Part shown: one piece after another, positions 1-14,291 of the stretch | How the letters are laid out: each line of letters opens with the position of its first letter | How positions within the stretch are numbered: the stretch's first letter is position 1 | NCBI RefSeq assembly: GCF_009914755.1 | Contig: NC_060927.1 | Length of the DNA stretch: 64,000 nucleotides | Reading direction: 5' to 3' (one strand) | DNA from: the human T2T-CHM13v2.0 reference genome, Homo sapiens | Program-made: the position numbers and the translations under genes | The notes under the pieces: model-generated | What the model was told of the DNA's origin: nothing | Database searches by the model: none | Seen by the model: the letters and a program-made list of their open reading frames with translations, nothing else

Positions 1-469
1 GAACCACTAGCTCAATGGGTGTGACCAGATAATTCACTGGAAAGAACATGGACACCAAGGCTTACTGAGCTGAGCTGGAGAAATACAGCAGTTACATGAG
101 GCAGTACACGTCCACACCACACAGTGGCGCACTTGCAGAGTGCAAGGAAACGTTAGACCCAGAGGCGCCTGCCTGTACTCAGCCCCAGCCTAGGTGTACA
201 TGGAAAATGTGGGCAATAAAGCTGGGCTTATTTCAGCCTATTTTACATCTTAACCTTCAGTCTTTCCTTCCCGCTTTTCCCCCTCCTCCCTGGGTTTGGA
301 TTTTTAGATCTGAGGCCTGAAATCCCAGGGGGTGGAGCTGATAGGCCAGGTACTACCTACAGAGACCCTGCCTCTCCACTCCCTACATACATGCCTCAGC
401 CCCCCAGGCCAGTTTCCCAACCAGCCTCTGTACTTCGTTGAATATTGTTGTTTAATTTACTCCGATTTG

Positions 470-496
470 AAAATAAATAAATAAATAAATAAATAA
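470..496. repeat. (AAAT)n microsatellite
   Basis: Direct reading of the sequence. Confidence 0.9.
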
Positions 497-934
497 CATT
501 TTATATGACATTTCGCTGAGAAGCAAAAAAAAAAACCAAAAACAAACATTGGCAGAATATGAAAACACAGATAGCAAGGCCCTAGAACTTCAACCTAAAA
601 TATCACAATTCTATGTAATAAAAAGCAAACGACAAGTTTGTCAGTTCCAGAAACAGAAACTTAGTCTTAGAATGATCTGTGCTTCTAATAGGCTTCCTAG
701 TCATTGTTCAATGGTCATAATTTTCTTACCTGATATTTAAAAACTATTAGCTTACAAGCATTCTTACACCCCATACCTTTCTTTCATTAATGCAGTCATA
801 TTATTCTCTTACCAAAGCTTTCATCCTATTTAACTTTAATTTCAAGTATCTTCCTCTTATTTTTTTTCTACTTTAAAAGAATTCTTCTTATACTCCTAAA
901 GTTTTTGCACAAACTTCCAAACAGGAAAACTTAC

Positions 935-1089
935 CCGTGGTTACAGGGAATGTGGTGGTGACAGGCTGTTCTGTAGTTGTAGGCAGTTTTTTTGGCCTGA
1001 ATATGTAGTGACCAATAAACCCATCTGCAGTTAAACTTAAGTCTGATAAAAACTGAATAAGAAGTTCATTTCTCTCAGACACAATTGGC
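935..1089 (-). CDS. PCOLCE2: PCOLCE2 coding exon 6 (end of CUB2 and Thr/Pro-rich linker); gene continues beyond left edge
   Basis: Translates (A)PIVSERNELLIQFLSDLSLTADGFIGHYIFRPKKLPTTTEQPVTTTFPVTT(G). Acceptor TTTTTTTAG|G at 1090/1089, donor G|GTAAG at 935/934. 155 nt, phase 2 to 1. Confidence 0.97.
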
Positions 1090-1234
1090 CTAAAAAAAGA
1101 AAAATGTGTTTTTTTATAAATACTTAAAAGTGGTGCCTCTCTGAAAATGTAAAATTTTCTAGTTTTCCATTAACTTCCGACAATAGATTACCAGTTGTTT
1201 AAACTTAAAAGTTAAAACGTTTAAAAATACCAAT

Positions 1235-1450
1235 TCTAATAGCTAACATTTACCGAGTGTTTGCTCAGCTAGGCACTGTGCTTTATGTGAATTGTCACAT
1301 TCCACCTTCACAACAACCCTATTTTTATCTCTTTTTTTATGGAAAAGGCAATTGAAGTTCAGAGAGTTCAAGTGATTTACTCAAGGCCCTATAGCTAGTA
1401 TGTTGGGAGAGTCAGAACTTGAACCCAGGACCAGATAACTCTAGAGACTG
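1235..1450 (-). mobile_element. MIR SINE
   Basis: MIR core remnants (aggcactgtgcttta...gaagttcagagagttcaagtgatttactcaagg...cttgaacccagg). Confidence 0.7.
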
Positions 1451-2339
1451 TGGCAGACGTTGGGACATGGCTGGTTTTCAAAAAGCACCTCATGATTTGC
1501 CTGATTGGGAAAAGGCAGATTCTCTGAACTAAGACTTGCGTTCAAGCTGGCCTGGGTTTGCCATGTTGGCTACAGAGCATAAAATGGACAAATCTGGTGA
1601 ACAAATTCCCACGCCCTGTAAAGATGCAGCCAGAGGGATTATCTCAGTGGACTGATTATCTTTTCTATCCACTCCGGGCTAAGAAAGCCATGCAAAGGAC
1701 TTCCATTTCATTTTCAATGGCAGTTCTTCGGTATGTCTGAAATGGAAACATTTCTATTATAATCTCCATTAGCAAAATGCTGTAAAGGAAAAAAAAGAAA
1801 GTGATGAATCTGTTTTGGTGTTCATGAATGGCATCATTGATTAAGAGCTCTAATTTTAGGAGCTTCCTGGTTAGCTGGCACTAAAGATTTAGTGGAGATG
1901 GTAAGTGAGGCTCAAAAGCTCTCTAAAATCTTAGGGGATTACTATATTACACAAGATAGTTTCATTTAAGTTTTGCTATTGTTATTTACACAATGGTTAA
2001 AAAAATGCTGTCTGATTAATTCTGTTTAAAAACTAATTCAGAAGTAGAAAAAATTTAACAAGTTATTTAAATGAATTAACCAGTGGTCTGACTGAACACC
2101 TTTTTGAGACATCTTCTCAGCCAATCACTTCTTACACATCATGGACACCAAATAATGAAGCAGCATTTTTTTCCCCCTACTGTCAGCTGTGCTGAGTGGG
2201 GTTGGGTGGCAGAGAGGGTAGATCTACCTGACCCAACCAGTTAGAAAAACTGCGTGATCTTTTCCGTCCTGAATATAACCTTCTGAGCCAGGGGATGAGA
2301 TGAATCAAAAAGTGAGCTTTGTGATCTACATTTACAGTT

Positions 2340-2766
2340 TACTATGGGTTGAATATTTATCCCCTCCAAAACTCATGTTGAAATTTAATGCCCAGTGGGG
2401 CAGTATTGAGAAATGGAACCTTTAAGAGGTGATTGGGTCATGAGGGCTCTGCCCTCAGGAATGGATTCATCCATTCACAGATTAATGGATAAGTGGGTTA
2501 ATGGATTAATGGGCAATCACGGGAGTGGGACTGATGGCTTTATAAGACGAGAGACCTGAGTTAGCATGCTCTGCCCCCCTTGCCATGTGATGCCCTGTGC
2601 TGCGTGGGGACTTTGCAGAGAGTCCCCACCAGCAAGAAGGCTCTCCCCAGATGTGGTCCCTTGACCTTGGACTTTTCAGCCTCCGTAACTATAAGAAATT
2701 CTTTTTCTTTATAAATTACTCAGTTTCAGGTATTCTGTTATAGGCAACACAAAACGGACTAAGACA
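2340..2766 (+). mobile_element. MaLR solo LTR (MSTC/MSTD-like)
   Basis: cccctccaaaactcatgttgaaatt...ggattaatgg repeats...tcaggtattctgttataggcaacacaaaacggactaagaca. Confidence 0.85.
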
Positions 2767-4399
2767 CTTCCAGCCACAAAAGTGATGAAGTTATTTAAAT
2801 AATGCTTCTGAGATTCGAGCCTTTCACGAAAATATTCTATCATGCTTTTGAAAAACACTCCCATTAAATAAATAAAAACAATGCACTACACACAATTCTA
2901 ACCTACAATTACAAATAAAACATGTTAATTTTGTTTAAATGATAAAATTACAAAAAAAGCACTTATAAGCAGCAAAGGAAAGGAAAGACTCAATCAGGTC
3001 AGCCTTCTAGACATGATGTTATAATTATATGATCATTCACTGCCTTTTCTATGAATTAACCTTGGGGGTAGTATATTGGAAACTGAATTTTCTCAAGGAA
3101 GAGTATTTTAGGAACAAAGACATATTTTTGTTCTGCTGCAACTGAGCTTTAGGATAAATGTGACAGAATCACAGTGCCACAAATGTACTGGGGGCCATGT
3201 TACATCTGCAAATTGTTATAAATCACTAGGCAGACAAGAGGAAATTTCACTTAGATCCACTCTGCATTGGCAAATCCCAAGAACGGACTGAGATGCTGTT
3301 TCATGTGGTATAGAGCCAGTTACTGTTAGCTGTCTCTAGTTATCATTCCATAGTCTTCCTGTCCTTCAGTCACTACAGCCAACCAAACACCATGTCCTGC
3401 CATTTTTGCCTCCTAAGTATTTCTTGATCCACACCCTCCTCTTCATTTCTACCACCCTTCTCCACCTCCTCGACTTTACCTGGACCATTGCAACAGTCTC
3501 TGAACTAGGCTCCCTGCTCACCTTCTCTAGGACGGGGGTTCTAGAGCCTCTGGTCCTGTCACGCCTGGCCTAAATTCAGTTGAGCGTTACCATCTCTGCA
3601 GCACACGGAAGCCAACTCAACCCTCCTGCCTCATCTGTATAGAGGCCCCAACTCAAGGTTTTGGCTGCAGAAATAACACACATCTCTCCCGCGTATCTTT
3701 ATTAATGGAGTTACCTCTGCTTGGGATGAGCTTGTCCTCCCTGCTGTCTCTAACTCCAACTCTTCCTTCAAGACTCATCTTCGAGAGGCACAATCTCCTT
3801 TCAAAAGCTTTCCCTGATCACTTGTCCAGACTGGGCCAAAGAACTCAAAAACCCACCCAGGACATTCATTAGCCAATTTACTTATCTGCCTTATTCTGTT
3901 CCCTCCCAGTACTTTTCTTTGCAGTTTTAATTTATCTTTGTATTCCAGGTGCCCAGCACACAGCCGGGGAGGAATCAATGTTTCTGAACAGAATTCAATG
4001 GCATTGATCTACACTGAATCAAACCAAGTATGATGGGGTGCTGTCTACCTATCCCCAGTGCTCCTCCTGTTCATTTTTTAACAGGGAAAAGCTCCCCAAA
4101 CAGGTTTTCTCATTTTCTGCACTGCTCTAACCCAGACGTATTCTGACTATGAAAACTATTCCTCTGGATAAAAGTGTTAGTTGGTGAGCTGGCAGCCAAG
4201 CTCTTCCAGTCAAACCCCTGGTAAATGAGTGATGCTCAATAGCCGCCGCCAGGGCTGCCCCTCCTCCACCCTCATGGAGGCAGCCACTACCCTGAATTTT
4301 GTGCTTATCATTTTCTTGTTTTTAGCTATAGGTTTATCACACACATATGCATCACTATGCGATATATTGTGTAGGTCTACATGTTTTTAAACGTCATAA

Positions 4400-4814
<415 letters not shown>

Positions 4815-6887
4815 TAAGAATTCTCTTGTTGATAAACATTGGGCTATTTACTCTCTCCCACCCTCATTACAAACCATATTGCTGAGAACATTCTTGTATA
4901 TGTCTTGCAGTGCAAAAGTGGTCGTACCAATTCACACACCTTTCAAAGGTTTATTCACTATGCAGCTTTCTTCTTTTGGGAATGCCTTTTCATGTCTTTT
5001 ACCCCCTTTTTTTTCCTACTGGGTGGTTATCTGTTCCTTGTTAATTTTTAGGATTTCTTAATACGTTCTGGAACCTAAGCCTTTGTCAAATATATGTTAT
5101 AAATATGTTTCCATTTGTGGCTTTTCTTTTCCCTCTCTTTCAGGGTATATTCTGATGAACAGAAATTCTCATCTAAGTTTCTCATTTAAGTTTCTAATCC
5201 ATCTGTCATTGATTTTTTGTGTGATATTAGCTATGAATATAATTTCATTTTTCCATATGAATAAAAATAGTCTAGGCCCCATTTTTCAATGAGGCCATCC
5301 TTTTCCTGCTGACTGATGGTTCTCTGTGACGGGCCCAATCTGCAGATACATGTGGATATGTTTCTGGCCTCTCCTTGTTGTTTAATTAGCCATCTACCCA
5401 TCACTCTTTTAAAACCACACTGTCTTAATTACAACAGCTTTCTGATAAGGTTCCATACATGGTAAAGCAAGTCTTCCTGCCAGGTTCTTCTCCTTCAGAA
5501 CTGTCTTACTTTTGCCCCCTTCTTCCTATCCCCTTGCAATCCCATGCACATTTTAGAATTAGACTGCTAGGCTTAATGGAAAACCAGTTTTAATATTTTT
5601 AAATGATATTGAGTCTTCCTATTCATGAGCATTGTATATAGCTCCATTTATTTAGCTCTTTTAAAATATATTTTAGCAAGGTTTTATAATTTTCCCTATT
5701 AAGCACATTTTTATACTTATTCCTGAGCAGGATTTTTATTGCTTTTAAAATAAATTTTTTTCAAAATGTAAACTTTTAAGTTCAAACTATCTAAGAAAAG
5801 ACATTTGTGAATAAAATGATTTTTCCATTAAATAACATAAGTCCACAAGTCACACTTTAATCTGGTGAGGTATAAGGTTAAATTAATAAAGTTTCTAAAT
5901 TCAAACCAACCTTGGATTCCTGGTCATAGAATTTTTTTTATACATTGCTAAATTTGGCTTGCCAAGTTTTTTGTTTCAGCGTTTCTTTTTTATCATACTG
6001 ATAAATGAGATTGGTCTCTAATATTATTTTCTTGTACTGTCCTTACCTTGTTTTTGTGTCAGGTTCATACTAGCTTTATAAAATTAGTTGTGGAACAATC
6101 CCTATTTTTCTCTGGAAGATTCTGTGCAGTATTAGAAATGTCTGTACCTCAAATATCTGTCAGAACTTTTCCTTCCTTGACAGGAAAACCTTTAATTACT
6201 GATTAAATTTCTTTAGTGATCATTTGGCAAATATGGCTTTTTCTTTCTCCTGTGCCCATTTTTGCTTGAAAAAAATAGAGTTTCTCCAGTTGCTGGATGT
6301 AGTGTTCTCTATTTGTCTATTAGACCAAGCCTGTTCATTGTTTTTCAAATCTTCTACCTCCTAATTTCCCATCTTTCTCTCATTAACAGTTAGTTAATCT
6401 GTTAATTATTGAAAGAGATGTGTTAAAAATCTCTACTACAATAATGAACTTTGTAGATCTGCCTTTCTTAATTTTTTAATTTTTTTGCTTCAAATAATCT
6501 TATGTACAAGTTTACAAGTTTAAAATTTTACAATTATTACATCTGCCTGATAAATTGCATCATTTATCATTTATATAGCAACTATTTCTGGTAATGCTTT
6601 CTGCCTAAAATTGATTTTTTCCTAATATCAATGAAGCTATGCCAATTTTCCTTCAATTAGTGTTTGCTTCTAATCATTTTTATATCCTTTTATTTTCAAA
6701 CTCTGTTTTTATTTTGGGGGGATGTGTCTTGTAAACAACATATAACTGGATTTTGTTTAATTATTTAGTATAACACTTTTCTATTAATTATTTGGTCCAT
6801 TTGTATTTATATTGATTACAGTTATATTTATAGATATACCTATATATATCTAGATGATAGATACATTTCTACCATCTTATCTTGTAC

Positions 6888-7184
6888 TTTTTGTTTGTCT
6901 TTTGAGACAGGGTCTTGCTCTGTCACCCAGGCTGGAGTGCAGTGGCACGATTATAGCTCAGTGTGGCATCGATCTCCTGGGCTCAAGTGATCCTCCGCCT
7001 CAGCCTCCTGAGTAGCTGGGACTACAGGTGCATGCCACCATTCCCAGTTAATTTTTTTAAAAAAATTTTACAGATGGTATCTTACCATGTTGCCCAGGCT
7101 GGTGTCAAATTCCTGGGCTCAACTGATCCTCCAACCTCAGGTTCTCAGAGTGCTGGGATTATAGGCTTGAGCCATCACACCTGC
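6888..7184 (-). mobile_element. AluJo-like
   Basis: gagacagggtcttgctctgtcacccagg...ctcctgggctcaagtgatcc. Confidence 0.9.
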
Positions 7185-8144
7185 TTTGTCATGCTTTTGA
7201 AAATATTTCTCATTTTTTCTTTTCTTACTTTCTTTTGCACTGAATTTTTTGTCACTTCATGTTTCCTTCCACTGTTTTGCAAGTTAAAAACTGTATTTCT
7301 ACTGTTTCTAATGCAGGCATTATCAACTTGGAAGCTTTAAACTAAATTCTTGACCTGTTTTTTTGGGGACAGTCAGGTAGTGTAAATTCTAACCCCAAAT
7401 GTTGGCTGGTTTTTGGTCAGAAATTCTCATCGGAGACTATCCGTTCCTTCACCAAAAGCCAAGGCAAAACCAGCCAGTTTTCCTTACTATCTCCCTTAGG
7501 GAAGGGAGAAAGTTAGCTTACTTATATTGGTGTCAGCTTCTCTGGGTCCCTTTTCTATACATGCTGTGGTCTTTGCTCCAAACCCCCCTGGCCTGGACCC
7601 TGAGCTTTGTCTCTTGTCTGCAAGCACAGTCTGTTAGAATGAAGTGCTAGGCTTCCAGGAACTGGCACATGCCCCGGGGGAGCTGCCATCTTCAGCATGT
7701 GCTTCTCTCTCTGGCTTTGGGCTTCTTACTACTTTTGACCTCTGATGACTTCTCTTATTTTTTGACAACTCAGCGATGCTTTCAAAATTTTTTCTTAATC
7801 TTTAGGAATGTTGTTTAGTGTTTATTCTATAAAGTTTTCAAGGATATCTTATCTTGCATATTGCTAGAAAATGAAGCTTGAAATTACTTTTTAAAGGTAT
7901 TTGGATATGAAGAGGAGAGACATGGAAGAAAAGTTAGACCAGGACAGAGTCAATAGAGTTTAAAACTTTTTTTTTTAATTTGGGAGAACTTAGGTTTATA
8001 GGCTATGGGGAAGGAATAAAAAGGGAGGTAGAGGATAAACATGAAGAAAAAGAGGAGGGTTAATAAATGGAGGAAAGTTTCAAGGGAAAAAAGGAGGAGG
8101 TCCAAAGGAAGACATAGATTAATGTGTTGGCTTTCAATAGGGTG

Positions 8145-8587
8145 TGTAGTCCCCAACAATGTCCACATCCTAATCCCTGGACACTGTAAGTATGTTTCTT
8201 TATAAGGCAAAGGGGCTTTGCAGATGTGAGTAAGACTCTTCAGAAGAGGAGAGTGTCCTTTATTACCTAGGTAGGCCCTAAATGTAACCACAAGTGCCCT
8301 TATAAGAGGGAGATTTGACTAAGAAGAGGAGACAGAAGCAGCGACTGAAGTGACACACTTTGCCGATGAAGGAAGAGGGCTACAAGCCAAGGCATGCAGG
8401 CAGACTCTAGAAGCAGGAAAAGCCAAGGAAACAGATTCCCTTTCAGAGCTTTCAGAAGGAAACAGCCCTGCCGACACCTTGACTTTAGTCCAGTGTCTGG
8501 CTTCCAGAACTGTAAGAGAATACATTTGTGCTGTTTTAAGTCGCTGCACGTGTGGCAATTTGTTACAGCAGCAATGGGAAAAGAATT
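8145..8587 (+). mobile_element. MaLR solo LTR (MLT1C/MLT1D-like)
   Basis: gtccacatcctaatccctgga...ctagaagcaggaaaagccaaggaaacagattc...gcaatttgttacagcagc. Confidence 0.85.
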
Positions 8588-9503
8588 ATCTAGGAACTTA
8601 GAAATAGGCCCTTCTCCAATATATTCATCTGTAAACCAAATTTGGGTATGGTTATGCTTAAATTATAACTACTATCTTGTATGTATTAAAACATTCTTAT
8701 CAATGTAAATGTAATAGAAAATACCCTCCTTTAACTCAAATATGTCAATGAAAAACCATAATAATGCATATAAAATCAAGTGATGCATATAATCTAATTA
8801 CGTTTAAGCAACAGAGTAGAAAAGGGTATTTAAATTGGCATAATGGTGACTTGAAGGCAAGCTGCAGTAATTTCAGCTGTTGCTTTTACTAATATTGTAA
8901 GTGAAGTTATGAAATATCTTGCACCAAAATACAGTTATATATTGCACCAGAATTACACCAGAAATAGTTATATATTGCAGTTATATAAATGCAGTTACAT
9001 AATTACACCAGAAATACAGTTATATATTGCAGCAGAGTTAAGTAACTTGCTCAATGTCACACAGTTATTAAGTGGCAGAACTCTTGGCTCCATAAATGTT
9101 TGTTGAATAAATACATGGTGCCTTCAAGGTCCACTTAGCAAAAATTTGGATAGCAATGTGAGGGGGAGGCATAAGGCCTCAAACAGTCCAGGACAGATCT
9201 CTGATAAGGTAAAATCATTTGGGTTTGTCGTAAACTTCTGGGTCTCCTTGTCTGGATCCCCAGTATTAAGCCCCCTGGTTGTTTTTGTTTTGTTTTGTTT
9301 TCAGAATTTTCCCATTCCACTCTGATGCTTGATCTCATTCTTACAGGGCAGTGATGTATCCAGGTACCCGGCTCTGCATCTGACCCTGGGGTATCACCAG
9401 CTCTACTTGTTTCTGTTTGGCTATTGACACTCCTGTTAATGTTGCCTCAGGGCCTGGGTTGGCTATTCTTTTTTGGTGGTGCTGACTCCATGGTTATGGG
9501 ACT

Positions 9504-9883
9504 TGTAGTGGTTTGGATCTGTGTCCCTGCCCAAATGTAATATAATCCCCAATGTTGAGGAGAAGCGTGGTGGGAGATGACTGGATCATCAGGGCGGTTT
9601 CTCATGGTTTAAACACCATCCACCTTGGCGACAGTGAGCTCTCTGCTCTCTGGTCATTTAAAAGCATGTGGCACCTCCCCTCGACCTTGCTTCTACTCTG
9701 GCCATGTGATGTGTGTGCTCCCTCTTTCCTTTCCACCATGATTGTACATTTCCTGAGTCCTCCCCAGAAGCAGAAGCCTCATGCTTCCTGTACAACATGC
9801 AGAACCCTGAGCCAATTAAACCTCTTTTTTTAAATAAATTACCCAGTCTCAGGTATTTCTTTACAGCAGTGCGAGAACTAATA
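9504..9883 (+). mobile_element. MaLR solo LTR (MSTB-like)
   Basis: ggtttggatctgtgtccctgcccaaat...ccccagaagcagaagc...ttacccagtctcaggtatttcttta. Confidence 0.85.
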
Positions 9884-10012
9884 GAGGACCCAATAATTTA
9901 ACAAAACAACAACAACATAAAATCTTCCAGAAAACAAATGTGATTGGGAAACTGAACAAGAAACAAGTTTAGAGCCATAAAACTATTAAAGACATAAATA
10001 GGTGCTACTTAC

Positions 10013-10149
10013 GCAGGTGGACTATCACCACAATACTTTCCAATTCTTCTAGCATCGTTGACTTCCCCGCCATTAAACACAGCCACATAATCATATCGGC
10101 AGTAGTTATCTCGCTCCACATCAAACTTCTCAAACTTTAATTCTATAAG
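10013..10149 (-). CDS. PCOLCE2: PCOLCE2 coding exon 5 (CUB2 middle)
   Basis: LIELKFEKFDVERDNYCRYDYVAVFNGGEVNDARRIGKYCGDSPP(A). Acceptor AAG|CTT, donor GC|GTAAGT. 137 nt, phase 0 to 2. Confidence 0.97.
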
Positions 10150-10479
10150 CTTTAGAGAAAGCACAATAGAAGTGTCAAATATTAATAGCATTGTTGAATA
10201 ACCTCAAATGGAATTCTTCCTCTCCCCAGATTTGGAGGATACTACGATTTTCCTTTGTAAAAAAAGTATGCATTAAGTGCTTTTTGTTGCATATTTCTTA
10301 TTTAGTTAAAAAAAAAACTGTGGTATTCTTTTGCTTTTAATTGTAATCTTTCCAAAAGATCATCTCAAACTCAGATCAACTCTAGTTAGGATATTCAACT
10401 TAAGAACTCTGTTCACTTACAGCTACAAAAGTATGGGAACATTATGTAACACTAGCAACCTACTTTAAGACTATAATTG

Positions 10480-11085
<606 letters not shown>

Positions 11086-12036
11086 CAAGATTGTAATTGG
11101 ATAACTGGATGTGTGTTATAGTGGGAAAAGGGGCTACATACCTTAATAGAAGCTAATAGAAATAAAAAGTATTATCTAAGATGCTCCTTATACTACTGTA
11201 TGTCAGGGAGTAGTAGTGTGTGTGAATATATGTGTAGGAGGGTGAGCTGAGTGGATAGAGTTGTTCCCCTTTTGAGGGAAGGAGACTGACATTTCTATCA
11301 GATGTAAAGAAGTCAAATTTTCAGGACCAGTTATTCAGGGAAGTGGAATTGATGGCAGTGTCTTCTTGAAGTATGTTTGAAATGTGTGATACCGTGCACG
11401 GCCTAATCAGGGTGTGGTTATTTTTGAAGAGGTTGCACAGAAGCACTGATCTACAAAGTCAGTGTTAGGTTTTTAGTATTTCTCAATTTTTTGCACTAGT
11501 ACCAATAATAGTGTCCTAAATTATTCACGTGAATAGAAAATTTTGATTAAATAGGCAATCAATCATTCCCCATACAAGCAAATGTTTAAAAGAACATTTC
11601 CAACATGTGAATCAAAGGAAACCTCACTGGATTTATTATTACCTATGACAGCTGGTACCCAATCTTGCCGAGCAGCAAGTGGGCAAGAACCCTCCTTGCT
11701 ACTTCAGGGAAGATAAAGGACATTAATTCCTATTAGCTAGAGAAGACTCAAACACAGTAATCCAGGTGAAGATGATAATAGCAACAGCATCACAGATGGA
11801 CACAAAGGTAATTTTGGCTTTGACCATAATTTCCACACATCTTTGGACTGAACTACCTTTTAAAAAGTCAGTGCCAGTGATAGGTGAATAATGCTTATTC
11901 ATACTTAAGATGGCTTTAAATTGTATTAAAATATTTCCTCTTTGGGTCCAGTGACTTCTTACCACTTACTAATAAAATGCTTTCCAGGTTATTAAAAAAA
12001 TTGGCGAACTTTTTCTACTTAGAAATTAGTCACAAA

Positions 12037-12337
<301 letters not shown>

Positions 12338-13698
12338 TTAGTCACAAAAACTTTTGCAGAGAAGATTAAAAAAAGTAAAGAAGAAGATAAAGGAAAAGAA
12401 CTGTGGTAACAAATGATGGTAAGGTAATTCTTTAATAGAAGAAAATTCCAATGAAATTCCTTCAATACAATAATTCCCTTGCATAGAAACTATTTAGGAC
12501 TTAATTTTCCCATTATATTTTTCTCCTTTGAGAAACTGCCAGTGATTTCAAACACAGTGATTAAGAACTCAATTGACAGAAGCCAAAAATCACATTAAAA
12601 TCAAATAAAAATCAAACTTAACATTTAAATGATCAAAGGGAAGAACAATGGAAAAGAGATGCTTAACTGTAATCTGCAAGTATAATTAAGTTGGAATTAT
12701 TTGGTCAAATATATTTACAAATGTCACAGAGAAAATGATCAATATAATTTCAAGAATTACATAATGGTTTAAATGTTTCAGAAACACAATTTTTAAAATT
12801 ACTTTATAAAACATTCAACAGACTTATAAAATCTTCCATTATTAAATAAATGGCCATATATTTCTTCTTAAAAATAAAACCAAGTTTTGGAATTATGATC
12901 ACTGTTTATGTCTGTATATATGTGTATATGTTCAAATCACTAACTTGCATGGTATATTAGCTTAAATAATTTTCTATAAAAAAAGAAATACATGACAAAT
13001 GGTATCTGTTCAAGCTATATGAAAGGTTAATTTAGAAAAGTTTTTTTAAAAACAGTATCATAATGTTTACCTCATAGTGTTTGGGTTAAAGTCTATAGTG
13101 TTTCTAATAGTAATAATTTTTATAAAGTTATCTTTAAAGGTCCACAAAGTAGATTTCATGTGTTTCTATGCTAAGTTCTTTCCTGCAATTAATATGTGAA
13201 ACTGGTTCCCAGAAAGGGTAAAAAGTTGTATATGTAACCACAAATTAATAAATACTGGAAAAGTCGACCTTCTCTGTTGATTATTTCAGAACAATGAATG
13301 AAGCTTTTTGTGGGGAACCTGCACATATTTTATTTTAAATGACAACCAAAAACACCCTAAAGCAGACCAGCTTGTTCTTTGAAGAGATAATGTGGCTTGC
13401 TTTTGTTGGCTTTGTTGAGGCAAAGCATCCACACTTTTTTATTTAGTCACTAGAATAACTATTATCAGGACATGATGGGTTTGTGATGGGAGCAAATGGT
13501 AACCTGAAATGTCCATGGACCTGGGGATTTTTATCCTCCCACAGTTAGTCGCTGCTGCTTATAACATCCACTGCAGGGTTAAACAATCCTATGTGAGATC
13601 TGCTTACCATTTGTATTTTTAAAACTGTTTTGAAAATTGTCATTATATAGCAGGAAATTAAATCCATGAATTTGCAACTCAAAAAAATGCAAAGGCTA

Positions 13699-13997
<299 letters not shown>

Positions 13998-14166
13998 TAT
14001 CTGGGGTCTTCGCATGAAGAAATACCTGTGTCCAGGAACCTTCCTCTTCTTGTATCCCTTAGCTCTCGAATAGCCCCCACAACAGGAGGCTCTTGAGAGT
14101 TGGTGGGCCCCCCACACTGGGCAATTCACACATGCATGCTTTCTTCACACTTCCAGGGAATCTCAC

Positions 14167-14291
14167 CTGATTCTTTGGGGCTACAATGTGCCACACACAA
14201 GTGACTCCTGCAGGGTAATCCCGGTCTGGCCAGTTGGGGGTTTTAAAAGAGCCGGAAGGTCTGTCAAGGAGTCCTCCACAATACTGATCCC
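14167..14291 (-). CDS. PCOLCE2: PCOLCE2 coding exon 4 (CUB2 N-terminal part)
   Basis: (G)DQYCGGLLDRPSGSFKTPNWPDRDYPAGVTCVWHIVAPKNQ. Acceptor AAG|GG, donor CAG|GTGAGA. 125 nt, phase 1 to 0. Confidence 0.97.

Noticed and set aside
1701-1747. 10-bp inverted repeat TTCCATTTCA...TGAAATGGAA
   Set aside because: One or two such stems are expected by chance in 64 kb, and it is too short for a pre-miRNA.
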